In this document: piece by piece, positions 13,401 through 26,300 of the stretch
Position numbering within the stretch: position 1 is the stretch's first letter
How the letters are laid out: the number at the start of each line of letters is the position of its first letter
Assembly: GCA_964016885.1 (NCBI GenBank)
Contig: OZ024741.1
Span: forward strand, 281,542,001 to 281,606,000
Source: Eledone cirrhosa
Lineage: Eukaryota
Length of the DNA stretch: 64,000 bases
Direction of reading: 5' to 3'
Notes under the pieces: model-generated
Told to the model about the DNA's origin: nothing
Seen by the model: only the letters and a program-made list of their open reading frames with translations
The model's database searches: none
Made by a program: the position numbers and the translations under genes

Positions 13401-13934
13401 GCATAAATGAGAATAATTTCTACATGGTTGAAAGAGATAAGATTAATTGTCACATCAAGCAGTGATGTTGGGCCTCAATGTTAAGGTGATATTTTGTACT
13501 TAATGCTTTTTAACCCCATTGATACCAACCCACCAAAAATCGCTTAAGGTCCCATGAAATAAAACTAACTATTTTAAAAGGGTTCCTATTTAAATTAAAG
13601 CCTTTCAACATAATTTTATATTAAAAAAAAACCTTTTGTTATGAAAACAAACTTAACAATGAAATAATAATTTTAATAAGTCCCTCCAAATTTTTAATTC
13701 ATTAATTAAAATACAGTGGATTTCAATGGTAATTAAAAATCAAGAAAATATGTACCAAACTGAAATATGTAAAGAAGTTTGTATGATGTTTGATATGACT
13801 GCAGTCCAATGACTGAAATCAGTGAAATAATTTACAAAAATATATATGTGTATGTAAAATATCTTTGTTTCTCTGTACATATCCATAATTGTGGGTGGCA
13901 CCTCAGTTACTCTTATTTTTACAAATCTTTACAA

Positions 13935-14440
13935 TATGTTGGTACAAACACACACTAGAAAAAGTGTCAGAGAATGACAAAGCAACCGTTCTCTGGGATA
14001 TGCCAATACATACAGACAGAGAGATCAAAGCCAACCAACCAGATATTATAGTCAATGACTACAAATAAAAAGAATGCTTTCTAATAGATGTATCAATCCC
14101 CACAGATGACAATATATCTTCCAAGGAAATAGAGAAACTCTCCAAATATAAAGATTTAGAGATAGAAATAACTTGAATGTGGCAAATGAAAACAGAAACA
14201 ATACCTATGATAATAGGTGCTCTAGGAATGATAAAAAAAAAACACACAGACAAATACATAGCCAAAACCCCAGGACTTACAAATATATACAGCATACAAA
14301 AGGTAACACTACTAGGCACTGCACACATATTACGAAAAATACTATCAATACAATAGAAAGAACATCAGCAAAAACTACACTGCACATACCCAAGGCACAC
14401 AGAGCTGTGCTCGGTAAAACAGTAATGATGTGCAATAAAA
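13935..14440 (+). mobile_element. R4/Dong-like RLE 3' fragment ending in (AAT)n
   Basis: Encodes WYKH..VLWDMPIHTDREIKANQPDII..FLIDVSIP..EKLSKYKDLEIEI..IPMIIGALG..QKVTLLGTAHILRK. Confidence 0.9.
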
Positions 14441-14702
14441 ATAATAATGGAAATAATAATAATAATTGAAATAATGCTTTCTTTATTAACCACAAGGGTC
14501 TACATAAAGTAGACATTAAGGACAGTGCAGGACAATACAGCACAGTACAAATGGGCATTTCTGAGTGTAAAAAAAAAATAATGAAAAATTCCTCAATAGG
14601 GGGGGAGACTTCGGAGGGACATTTGTGGAGAAAGCCAATTAAAAGGCCACAGTGACCCTGACCACCAAGGCAAGTGCCCTCTCCCAGTTTTCCACCTTTA
14701 AT

Positions 14703-17700
14703 TTACAGACACATACTCAGAGTAGGCCCATTCACTCGGGCCATTCTTGCTTCTCTCACCCATCTTTCAACAAAATGCTGGGAAGAGAGCACTTCCCTCT
14801 CTACTCTGATTTTCCTTTTCAAATGAAATTTGAAAAAGTCAATCAGGGCATCACTGAAGAGGTAAGTGCTCGTCTTCAGCCCTTTCAAACGTGTCCACCA
14901 TACTATCTCTTTTGCCATGGCCACCAGACAGATAAAAACTGCCTGCCCTTCCCTGCTAAAGGAAGAGGGCGGGGCAATCCTCACGATGGACTCAGCTGAT
15001 AGCCGGATCCGTCCTACACGCGACAGCAAGTGTTCGACATAAACCCACAAGTCAGCAATTTTCGGACACTGGACGAGTGCGTGCAGGACGGTTTCGTCGC
15101 CCTGCGCGCATCTTGGACATGCCCGGCTGACGGCACCTCCATGCTTGTAGAGTTTATCCCGAACTGCCAAGGCTCCTCGGTAGCACTGCCAGGCCAGGGA
15201 TTTCTGGAAGTTGTCCATAGGCCCCGGCCCGAAAGTTCTTCCGAAGAGATTGGCTAGTTGATTTTCGTCGCCGCCTAGAGGTTCCCCAAGTACGTCGTCG
15301 CTCTTCCCCTCCACTAATCCTCTATAGAACGCTGAGGTGGAGTTTCCACCGATCACATTGCCCGATTGGTCGAGGGCTGTGAGCGCCTGAAGACATTCCA
15401 GTCTCCAAGCGCTCCCTCTCGGTCTTCGCTTGACCCAGGACTGCAGCTCCGTCAAGGTAACGAGCTGGGGAAAGACGTGTCTAGCAAACGGCGACCACAC
15501 CTGATCACCGTCGAGGAAGAGGTGGAGATGTCGTAGCCTGAGCGCGTGTCTGCACATCATCAGCCACGGCATGCCCAGCCCTCCACGTAGCGGGTGTTGA
15601 CAACAGATGGACCGCCTGACCATCGGGGCGCATCCCTTCCACAAAAAGCGAAAGAGCAAACGCTCCAGCGCAGTCGGGCGGGGCTTAGGACAAGGTACGA
15701 CGGTCAGGCGGTAGCAGATGACAGACGCGATGTACGCGTTAGTCACCTCTGCTCGCCCTTTCAGGGATAGCTTCCTCTCCGCCCATTTCTGGGTGAGAGA
15801 AGCCACCCTGCTCATCAGCTCGTCCCAGTTTTTGTCCGTCTGGAGGTCCGGACCGAACCAGACCCCTAGCAATTTAACCGGTCCGTCCATCCAGCACCCG
15901 ACGACGTTGTTGGACGGCATGGACCTGCCTCTCCAGGTGCCGAGCTGCAGGCCTACTGATTTTTCCTGGTTGATCATTGCTCCTGTCACCGCTTCGTATT
16001 CTCTTAGTGTAGTGCCGATCGCCTCAATGTATTTGGCGTTCGACACCACTACGGTGACATTGTCCGCATATGCTGACATGGATCTTCCGCATCCTAGTTT
16101 GCGCAGGACGCCCCTCAACGTCTCTAGTTTGTGCAGTAATGGCTCGAGAGTCAATACGTACAAGAGGGACGAGATGGGACATCCTTGGCAGACCGAGCGC
16201 ATGATGTTGAACGGTTCCGAAAGGTGACCGTTCACTCTCACCACAGAGCAGATGTCGCTGTGCATGGCAGCGATCCAGCCTCTGAAGATGGGCCCAAAGC
16301 CAGCCGCTCTCAGGACTGCCGCTAGGTAACGATGGTCGACCCTATCAAAAGCTTTCGACTGATCTAAATTGATCAAGGACCCACCCGTGCCAGGTTCCCT
16401 AGCAACCCTCTCTACGATGTATCGCATGAGGTGGAGGTTGTCGTGGATGGATCTGTCTGGAATGGCGCATGTCTGCGCCTCTCCCACCAGACCACCAACG
16501 ACAAGCACCAACCTCTTTGCTAGCACCTTGGCCAAAATCTTGAACTCTGTGTTTAGCAGAGTTATGGGCCTGAAATTATCTATGTTATCCCCCTTGTTCG
16601 GATCACAGAGTTGGGAATTATCCCGTTCTGTTGCCAGTTCCAGTAGACGTCCACCAAGAGGCCTCCGAACAAGTCTGGCATTTGTACGTAAAGTTCATAG
16701 GGCAGACCATCCAAACCAGGCGATTTACCCCTTGTGCAGCCGGTCATTGCCTCCCCTACTTCAGCAGCTGTTATCGGCTTTTCGCAACACTCTGCCTCAG
16801 TGGCCGAGAGCCGCGGCAGTTCGTCGAGGTAGACACTAAAGTCCATCCCTCGATCCGGCCCGCTGCTGCCTCCGAACAGTTGAGCGAAGTGTCGCTGAAA
16901 AGCTTCACACATTTGCCCGGGATCGAGTAGCATGCGCCCGTCGTGGTCCACCAAAGACCGGATCGTGGCTTTGTTGCTACAACGCGCCTCCGCCACTCAG
17001 GCCCATTGAACGGCTTTCATCCCCTCGTGTCTGAGAGCACGCACCCTTGCTCTGACAACGCAGCCTTCGTGCTTTGCATTGAAGAATTGGTCAAGGGCCA
17101 ATTTCGCCGCAAGTACGTCGGTCGCGATGCCTTTGCTAAGCGCCTCGTCTAATTTTCTAACTAGTTCTCCCTCTGCTCTATTTTTCTCTATAGCTAAAGC
17201 CTTACTAAACCTAATGGACTCTATTCTAATCGCTCTTTTCAGAGCAAACCACCACTTGTTGTTGACGATGGCCCCCGTCAACGCTCACTTAACTAGTTCA
17301 CTAATGCTGTCTCTGTGGGCCTTGCGTGCTGGTAAGGACGCGTTTAGCTTCCAGTAGCCGGGTCCTCGTCTATGAAGCCTATCTAAGTCAAGCACACAGA
17401 TCACGAATTTGTGGTCCGTGTAGCTGACTATCTTGAATTGTGGACAGCTTATGCTAGACCTATCTATTTCCCTACAAAATACTCTATCTAGATATGATCT
17501 GGATGAGCCGATGCGATTTGTCCACGTCCACATTGGCACATTCGGGAAATCCAATTGGTACCTGTCAGACAGTTCAAAACGCCTGAGCAGGTTGGTGAGG
17601 CTCTTGCACCCTCCTCCCCTATCCGCTAATCCCACACAGTCCCAGCGTGCATCTAAGATCCCATTCCAGTCGCCCACTAACACTAAAGAGCTGGACGGTC

Positions 17701-18092
17701 CTAGAAAGGTCTCCAGACGCCGGAAGAAATCAGGCCGCCCTGCTCCTGTCGGGGCATAGACAGCCACTAGCCTGAAAGCTTGCCCTTCTCCGCTGGTCAT
17801 GTCCAGCACCACCAATTTACCTTCTGGGTCCAGGAAGATGGCCCGTATGGCGAGATCCAAACCTCTCCGAAAAAGCACAGCAACTCCTCCTCCCGATCCA
17901 GGACGGCTGGGAGATGCATACACATCGTAGCCGCCGAAGATCATTGCGAAAGGCCCGTGCTCCGGAGATTCTGGTCTCGCTGATGGCCACTACATCTATG
18001 TTTAGTGACCCGAGGTCGTTGAGCAGGTGGCCCTGCTTCCATGACGACCCCAAGCCACGCGCATTTATGCTGCCTATTCTGAGTGAGGTCAT
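14703..18092 (-). pseudogene. Tx1 ORF2: APE endonuclease, reverse transcriptase and C-terminal zinc finger
   Basis: SINARGL, VYAP, GDWN, LDRVF, TDHK, GPGYWKLN; KSPGLDGLPYE, LDQSKAFDRVDH, QGCPISSLLY, YADN; CPRCAQGDETVLHALVQC. Frameshift near 17944, stops near 17285 and 16997, deletion/frameshift near 16600. Confidence 0.93.
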
Positions 18093-18126
18093 GTTGGAAT
18101 GGAGTGGAAAAGATGGGAAAGACCAC

Positions 18127-19448
18127 TTACCTTACTTCTCGCAGAGGAAGGATGGTTTCACCATCCCTTTTCACTTGATCGTCTGGTGAAGGGACCGTTG
18201 AATCGCCCCTTTGGCTGGTCGTCGGCTCTTCTGTGAGTATATCTGAATATACCCTCCGGTTGAGTGTCCCTCCTAGGTCTCTGAAATCACCAACTGCGTT
18301 GGGGAATTTCGTTTTAATGTTTGTGTATTGTTTCTGTGCTATTCTTACCAGTCTTATGTTCGTTGGTGTTTTGATTGGTGCTGGTATTATGTAGTCGTGC
18401 TGTGAAATGTCTGTGTGTTCAATTATGTAAGTCATTAGTTTCTTGTTGTGTGTATTTATTGCCGTGCATTTGTTTTTCTGGGGGTGGGGTGTGGTTCTGC
18501 TATTTTCTTGTCGTTGTTGCTGGGTGTGTGTGTTTTGTTGTTGTGTTTGCGATGTTAGTGCTTGTGGTGGTGGTGTTGAAGGTGTTGTTGTTGTTGGCGG
18601 TGGGGTTGTCGCCGGTGGTGATGGTGGTGCTAGTGTGGGTGGTGATGGTGTTGGTGGTGTTGCTGCTGTGAGTCTCTTTGCAGTAGCCTTTACCCTTTTT
18701 TCATTTCTTTCCTCCCTTTTCGAAGGCGACGATGCACTGCTTCTGCGTTTGTGCCTTCTTGCGACCTTTTGTCATCCCTCTCCCACCTCACACTCCATGT
18801 CTGATTCTGTGAGGTCGGGGAGGGGTACCAGCTCCACTCTTTCACTTGTTGTTGTTGGTGATGTTTGCAGTGGAGTCTCTGTTGCAGCTGCAGTTGGTAT
18901 TACTGTTGTTGTTAATACGTCCACTGCTGCTGCTGTTCTTGATTTCCGTGGCGTGGGTATGGGTGCCACGGACCTATCGTTCCTGGTTTCTGCTTGTCCT
19001 GTTGCTGGTAGCAGTGGAGCCGGTTTCGGAAGGAGGGGGGTTTTCTCCTTTCTCAGGGTCTTCTCATTGCAGAAGGCCCTGAGGTGAGTTTTCGATCCAC
19101 AGTGAAAGCATTTCGGGCGTTTGCCCTCAACACTTATGGGCAGTTGAGTGCCGTTATCAAAGTCTATCACATCCAGGATAGCTTCGATGCACTCCTGGTT
19201 GGTTTGGATTAACATCTCAATGGAGGTGCCGACCCAATCTTCTCGTACTTTTCGGCTGCCTTGCAGATTGCTCGGTGTACGGTTTTCGTCACCATCTTCT
19301 TTGCTTCCTGTAATTCCTCATTTGTTATAAGGATTGTTTCCAGGTTCTTTGTGATACCTGCAAACGAGATTGGTTTTTCTTTGTTGTTGTCGTCGTCAGA
19401 GCTGTTGTTACTTTTGTTGTTGCTGCTGGTACTACGACTGCCGCCGCC

Positions 19449-19481
<33 letters not shown>

Positions 19482-19676
19482 GCTAATGCTGTTGTTGTTT
19501 ATGCTGCTGCTGATGCTGTTGCGGCTGCTACTGTTGTTTTCCCTGTCACTGTTGCTGCTGCTGCTGTTATTACGGCTGCTACTGCTATTATTTATGACGT
19601 CGGACAAATGAAATGGGTTTCGGTATTTACCGCACACATTTTTTGTCGTTGTCGTCGTCGTGGAGAAATGTTCCAT
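18127..19676 (-). pseudogene. Tx1 ORF1 (gag-like nucleic-acid-binding protein), broken
   Basis: CFHCGSKTHLRAFC (CX2CX4HX4C), SFAG motif, Ser/Asn- and Thr/Pro-rich linkers; split across ORFs 19209-19877, 18772-19215 and 18127-18435. Confidence 0.8.
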
Positions 19677-20077
19677 GTTTTGCACGTGATCTTGGAAACT
19701 ATCAGAAATTTTGTTTTCTTTATTGGCGTCGCTTGCGAAAGAGAAGGGAGGTAGAGAGACAATCTTCTCTCTGGTGTAGTGACGATTGAGGAAGAAGAAG
19801 ACGGAATGAGTGGGAGTGACTTGTGAAAATTTTTTTTTGTAGCCAATTTTTTTTGGTTTAAAATAAATATTGGGCACAAAACCCCAATAAGCGGTTATTT
19901 AACCCCGAAGGGCCAAATAACGGACAGAAAGACCCCTCTCGCGAGGAGGAGGGTGTTTTTGTCTACAATTTGGTTAAAGTTTTAAACAATTTACCATTGT
20001 TATAGCGGTTAAAATTTACTATACCTTACAGAGCCGAGCCTCCGTCAACCATGGCATTCAATAATAATAATAATAAT

Positions 20078-20732
20078 GATTTCTTTATTGGCCACAAGGG
20101 CTGACATCAAGAAAAACATTACAGACGGTACGATGTGGGTTTTGTGCGTGTAAATATTTTCATTATTTATATAAGAAAAGAAAAAAAGGACATAGAAACA
20201 TATATATATATATAAACAATAAAAATGAAAATTGAAACAATGAAAAATTCCCCAATAGGGGGGAAACCTCCGAGGGTTACTCGTGGTGAAAACCACACAA
20301 AAGACCACGGCCACCCTGACCACCAGGGCAAGCGCCCTCTCTCAATTTTTCAATTTCTCAAACTACAGATGTATATTCAGAGTGGTCCCGTTCACTCGGA
20401 CCATTCTTGCTACATTCACCCACCTTTCAACAAACTTGCTAGAAGGCAAGTGAAACTTGAAAAAGTTAATTAGGGATTCGCCGAAGAGGAAAGTGTCTGT
20501 CTTTAACCCTTTTAACCATGGCCACCAGGCAGATGAAAACCGCCTGCCCTTCCTCCTCGAAGGAAGACGGCGAGGCCATCTGCACAATGGACTCAGTCGA
20601 CAACCAGATCAGTCCTACATAGCTCCACAAGTCAGCAATGCTCGGGCACTGAACGAGTGCGCGCACGACGGTTTCGTCGCTTGCGTGCATCTCGGACAGG
20701 CACGGCTGATGGCACTTCTGTGCCTGTAGAGC
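20078..20732 (-). mobile_element. 5'-truncated sister Tx1 copy (ORF2 C-terminus and 3'UTR)
   Basis: Encodes DETVVRALVQCP..EGQAVFICLVAM..FVERWVNVARMVRVNG; homologous to 14476-15150. Confidence 0.9.
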
Positions 20733-20753
20733 AATAATAATAATAATAATAAT

Positions 20754-20966
20754 TATGGTTTCTGGTTTAGGCACAAGGCCAGCGATTTTTTTGGGGGGCG
20801 GGGGTCGATTAAAACGACCCAGTGCATTACTGGTACTTTATTTTATCGACCCCCGTAAGGATGAAAGGCAAAGCTAACCTCGGCGGGATTTGAACTCAGA
20901 ACTCAGGGCCATAATGCTATGCTGCGAACCATGTTCATTGCTCTACCGATACTGCCAATCCACTGT
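20754..20966 (-). mobile_element. Family A SINE flanked by (AAT)n on both sides
   Basis: Full head-to-tail homology to the 10780 copy. Confidence 0.9.
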
Positions 20967-21200
20967 ACTAATAACAATAACAAAATAATAATAATAATAA
21001 TAAACCAAGAGAATTAGTACATTTAACCTTTTCTTCACAGTAAAAGACAGAACTTTGACATTTTCCAACAGTGATAGAATAGAAGCACACATTGAGCAGC
21101 CACAATCTAAATGTAAATCAGAAGAAGGCTACATTTTTATAAGTAAAAACATAGCTAAAGAATGTAATTAACACGTTGTTAGCATGATATATTTTCTTAC

Positions 21201-21254
21201 ATTGGAAGAAAGCCACCAATTTCCAAGGAAGCAACACTGTCACTGGGCAAAAGA
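21201..21254 (-). other. Putative 54-nt host exon (LLPSDSVASLEIGGFLP)
   Basis: TTCTACATTTCATTTAG| ... CAAT|GTAAGA; open frame; unique sequence. Confidence 0.45.
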
Positions 21255-21599
21255 CTAAATGAAATGTAGAATTTGAATTCAAAAACAGATTGTGAGCAAG
21301 ATTATAAAGTGAGATGCAGGTCATCTCAGGCCTCCTCAGGCCTCTGCAGCCCATCTGAGAAGTTGGTGGCTCCACATGAGTACTGACTCAGTCTGTGAAG
21401 CCCCATCCAACTTTTGCTGGCAGAAGACAGGAGGAGAAAGAGGATTGTGATTGTGTGCGAGTCTGCCATTGATAAGCAGCACCACACCCTTCTATAGCCA
21501 AGATCGGAACCAATAGCTCACAGAACTAATTAAATGCTGCAAAGCATTTTGTCCAATGCTCTAACAATTTTGCTAATACGTCACCATATATTCCCTCTC

Positions 21600-21770
21600 A
21601 TTAATTGTTTCTACTTTACGCACAAGGCCAAGAGGGGAAAGATGATTAAATCAACCCCAGTGCATTATTGGTGCTATATTTATCGATCCCGTAAGGGTGA
21701 AAGGCAAAGCTAACCTTGGTGGGATTTGAACTCTGAACGGAAACGGCTGTAACTATGCTGCAAAGCATGA
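21600..21770 (-). mobile_element. Family A SINE
   Basis: AATTGTTTCTACTTTACGCACAAGGCC...GGATTTGAACTC. Confidence 0.75.
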
Positions 21771-23233
21771 ATAATGATAATAATTAACTAAATAACTTCA
21801 TAAGTAAAAGGATAGAAAAAAATAATTTTTCTAAATATTCAAACACACTGGTGTCTCCTCTCCTCCCCCATTATTGACCATCCCTCTTAGCTATTCTCAC
21901 CATCATTACATCCTCCCTCCTTATACACTATCGAAGGTCACCCCTTTCCCTTCAACTCATCACCCTGTCATATCTCACCACACTTGCCATACATCTTCAT
22001 TCTTCCCAACTCCCCTGCAGAGCAGTGAGGGTTCCTCAGTTGGGACAATAATTGACAATCATTCTAGTGTTGGTGCTATGAAAACGCACTAAGTAAAGTG
22101 GTTGGAAATAGGAAGGGCATTCTGATGTAAAAACCATGATAAAAATGTCTGAGAGGCACCTTTAGTTGTGTCATCAGCATGGCAACTTCTCTAGTGTTGG
22201 TGACCTATATGATAAATACACCTAGTACAAACTGTGAAATGGCTGGTGATAGGAAGGACATCTAGCCATAGAAAGCTTATCAAACAAAAAACTGAGAAGA
22301 CTCTTTAGTTGGGTCAAAGACATTATGGCCTTCCTAATGCTGGTGTCATGATAAAATGAACTCGATATAGTGTGAGGTTGTACATAATTGAGATGCGGAA
22401 CCTTACCTGTCTGCGGGTGAATACTGGCTGTCTGTGAAGACCCATTCAACCCTTACTAGCAGGTTTAACAGACATTAAATGATGATGATGGAATACAGGA
22501 GGAGACTGATGAGAGAAATAGCCAGTCTTCAAAGATATAGTAACATTTTTTTAATGATAAACTAATGATATACACACAAAAAAAAGCATTATTTACAAAA
22601 GAAAACTATCTACAAAACAACAACACCAAAAATTACCAATAAAAATACAAAACTAAGGAATAAATTAATGGTTGGCACTAACAATAGAAAATACAAATAG
22701 CAGGAAGTTAAGAAAATGAATATATTCAACATTACCAAACCATGGTGAAATGTTATTTATTAGTAGATATATCAAAGTTATCTGACTTTGATATATATTT
22801 TACAGGCCAATAGGAAAAACAAACATTCTTTGCAGAAAATGAATTACTAAAAAAACAACAAAGAAACAAACTTGTGTGTGTGCATATGTGTCCAAAAAGT
22901 AAACGGAAACAACAAAGCAAACAACACAGTACAATGAAAAAATTCATTACTTTAATGCTTGATATAGTAGGAAAAGTCTTCACATTTTGGACACTAGTCC
23001 ATCATCAGAAAATAAAATGAGAAAGAAGAGATGAAATAGAAAGATATAGAGTGAGAAGAGGAAAGAAAGGAGAAAAAAAACTTATGAGAACAAGTATGTG
23101 CATTCAGTCAGCCATTTGGGTTTGCACAAAATCATATTTTCAGGAGGTGACTGAAAAGGAAAATAGATGATTTCGTTGTTTGTCCTCTGTATCTGTTTTC
23201 CATGTGCAAATTTGCTAATATATAATAATATAT

Positions 23234-23333
23234 GTTCTAGTTTGTAGGAAGGAAAATAGGGCACCGGTCCCATCTGGGAAATAGCCATGCTCAGTATGTA
23301 GGAAAGGAGTAGGCAGAAACTCCATTTTATGTC
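23234..23333 (+). mobile_element. 5' piece of an interrupted RTE copy (continues at 26819)
   Basis: Matches 590-689 up to ...CCATTTTATGTC. Confidence 0.9.
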
Positions 23334-26300
23334 ATCATCATCATCATCATCGTTTAACGTCCATGTTCTATGCTTGCATGGGTTTGGACGGGAGTTTTCC
23401 CACTTGAGGCAAGAGTGGTTGTCTTGCTTGCATAGGACTGTCTGGCGGGTTTTCTACAGCTGGATGCCCTTCCTAACACCAACCACATTTACAGTGTGGG
23501 GCTGGGCGGTTTTTACCGTGTTGCCTACACGGCCACATTACAGCGTGGACTGTCTGGTGGGTTTTCTACAGCTGGATGCCCTTCCTAACACCAACCACAT
23601 TTACAGTGTGGGACTGGGAGGTTTTTACCGTGTTGCCTACACGGCCACATTACAGCATGGACTGTGTGTTTTTTGTCGTGACACCTACACGATCTCATTT
23701 GTTTCGGCCTGGATGTTGTGGCACCAACATAACTTTACATTGAAAGGGGCGGTGTGGATGGGGTGGGGGTGGTGTATTTTGTTAGAGATGCCTACTGACT
23801 GTAGTAGGTTTTACTTTGTATTTAGGTAAGGCGGGTCTTCTCTATTACTGAGTACCGCCAAAGGTCTCGGTCCAGTGACATTGTCTTGGAGAGGTGTAAG
23901 TGTGTGAGGTCGGAATTTATCAGCTCGTCCCAGGTTTTTCTGGATCTGCCTACTCCGTGGCTACCGTCTATCTTTATTGCCCTGCACTTTGTTATACAGC
24001 TGTCGTCTTTCATTCGCATCACGTGACCATACCAACGTAGCCTTCTCTCGATTAAACAACATCTGATCCCTCTTATTTCTAATTTTTTCCTTAGTTCGTT
24101 TATGCTTTGCCGTTCACGTATATTACTATTACACATCCAGTGGAGCATGCAAGCTTCGTTCCTCTCTAGTCTGCGTATATCCTCTGCACACAATGCCCAG
24201 GTCTCACTGCCATGCAACATTGCTGTTCGTATGCAGGCATCATACAACCTGCCTTTCATTTTTAGGGTGAACCCTTTAGCGGCTAATAGTGGTATAAGCT
24301 CTCTGAACTTTTTCCATCCAGTTCTGACTCTAGCTACTGTACTTTCAGAGCACCCTCCCCCACTGCTGATTTTGTCACCCAGGTAACGGAAGCTGTCCAC
24401 TATTTCTATAGAACCCTCTGCGCAATTGAAAGAGCTAGTATTCTGTGGGCACTTGCTGCTACTTATTGCACCAGAGCACCGGCCACATGTAAAATCTGTG
24501 TTCTTAGTTAGCTTACCTGTGATCCCACTACATCTTTTATGCACCCATACTTTGCATTTGGGACATAAAATGGAGTTTCTACCTACGCCTTTCCTACACA
24601 CTGAGCATGGCCATTTCCCGGAAGGGACCAGCGCCTTATTTTCTTTCCTACAAACTAGAACTTTAGTCTTAGCCAGGTTAATTTTAAGGCCTTTTGATTC
24701 TAGGCCGTGCTTCCATGTTTGGAATTTCTTCTCTAGCTCGGCCATTGATTCAGCTATGAGCGTTAGATCATCTGCGTATAGGAGTTCCCATGGGCAGCCG
24801 GTCTTGAACTCCTCTGTTATAGCCTGAAGGGCAATAATAAATAGTAGGGGGCTAAGAACAGAACCCTGATGGACACCAACTTTTACGCTAAACTCTTCAC
24901 TATATTCGTTGTTAATTCTAACCTTGCTGACTGTTTCTTTATACATGGCTTGTATAGCTCTCACAAGCCATTCGTCAACACCTAGTTTTCTAAGAGCCCA
25001 CCAGATAATGGAACGGGGGACTCTGTCGAAGGCTTTCTCCAAGTCGACAAAAGCTAAGTATAGGGGTTTACTTTTAGCTAGGTACTTCTCCTGTAGTTGT
25101 CGTACAATGAAAAGAGCGTCTGTGGTACTTTTGCCTGACACAAACCCGAACTCCATTTCATCTAGATCAATTCTCTCTCTGATTAGTTGCGCTATTACTT
25201 TTTCCGTGACCTTCATGACCTGGTCGATTAATTTAATGCCTCTATAGTTACTCCTATCTAGGGCGTCTCCTTTACCCTTGTAACAGTTAACGATGATGCT
25301 GCTACGCCAGTCCTTCGGAACAACCCCATTCTGTATGACTTGGTTTACTATCCGGGTGACCATGGTGTGTCCCACCGTTCCAGAGGCTTTCAGCATCTCA
25401 GCAACTATTTCCGAAGGCCCAGCCGCCTTACCCGTCTTCATATCTTTGATTGCCTTACTTATTATACTACCTTCGACTAACACTGCTGGTCCCTCTATTG
25501 GGTCGATGTGGGGGAGACTGTCTTTCTCCCATTTATTCTCCTCATTTAGTAGCCTTTCGTAGTGACACTTCCAAGCTACCTTCTTATCAGCGTCAGTGAT
25601 GGCAAGTACGCCATCATCGTTAAGTACACACTTCTCCCAGACAATATCACGGTTTTCCTTGACACATTGCCTAGCAATCCTGAACACCTCACGTTTTTGG
25701 TCCTCGCGTTGTAGAACATGCTTGAACTTTCTTTCCTCTGCTTCCCTTCTTGCGAAGTACACTTGTCTCCTAGCTTCCCTCCTGGCCACTTGATAGTCTT
25801 CTCTACTTCCCCCATCCCGCCATGCTTTCCAAGCCTGCTTTTTGGCCTTGATTGACCCCTCCACCTTACTGTTCCACCACCATGTTACTCTCCTCCTGCC
25901 TACAGGCCTGCTCCAGCCACAGACTTTGTCTGCCGCCATCAGCAGGTTTGCTTTCAGGAATTCCTACTGTGCCTCTACCATGTACGACTAATTGCTCTTC
26001 CTTACTGTCGAAAGCATCAAGTAATATGCTTTTAAATTTATTTCTGGCTGTGGGATCCTTTAGCTTCCATATTTTTCTCCTGAGGATAGTCCTCTTCTGC
26101 TGTCTAGTACGTCTCGTCCTGACTATGAGGTCGCTAATTATCAGTCTATGTTGGGCGGTGCATTCTTCATGGGGGAGGGATTTAGTGTTTACAACAGACA
26201 CTCTGTCACGTCTTCTGGTAAGGATATAATCTACCTGGCTGGTATGTTCCCCTGATCTGTAGGTGATCAAGTGATTGTCTCGTTTTTTGAAGTTAGTGTT

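Larger units (their letters stand above)
14476..20059 (-). mobile_element. Near full-length Tx1-clade (L1-like) non-LTR retrotransposon, inactivated
   Basis: 5'UTR, ORF1 with zinc knuckle, ORF2 APE-RT-CCHC, 3'UTR with AATAAA and (ATT)n tail; GC-rich relative to the flanks. Confidence 0.93.

Noticed and set aside
23082-23150. Strong minus-strand acceptor TTTTCCTTTTCAG at 23151
   Set aside because: No canonical donor follows (ATAAGT) and all frames stop quickly; cannot be supported as an exon.
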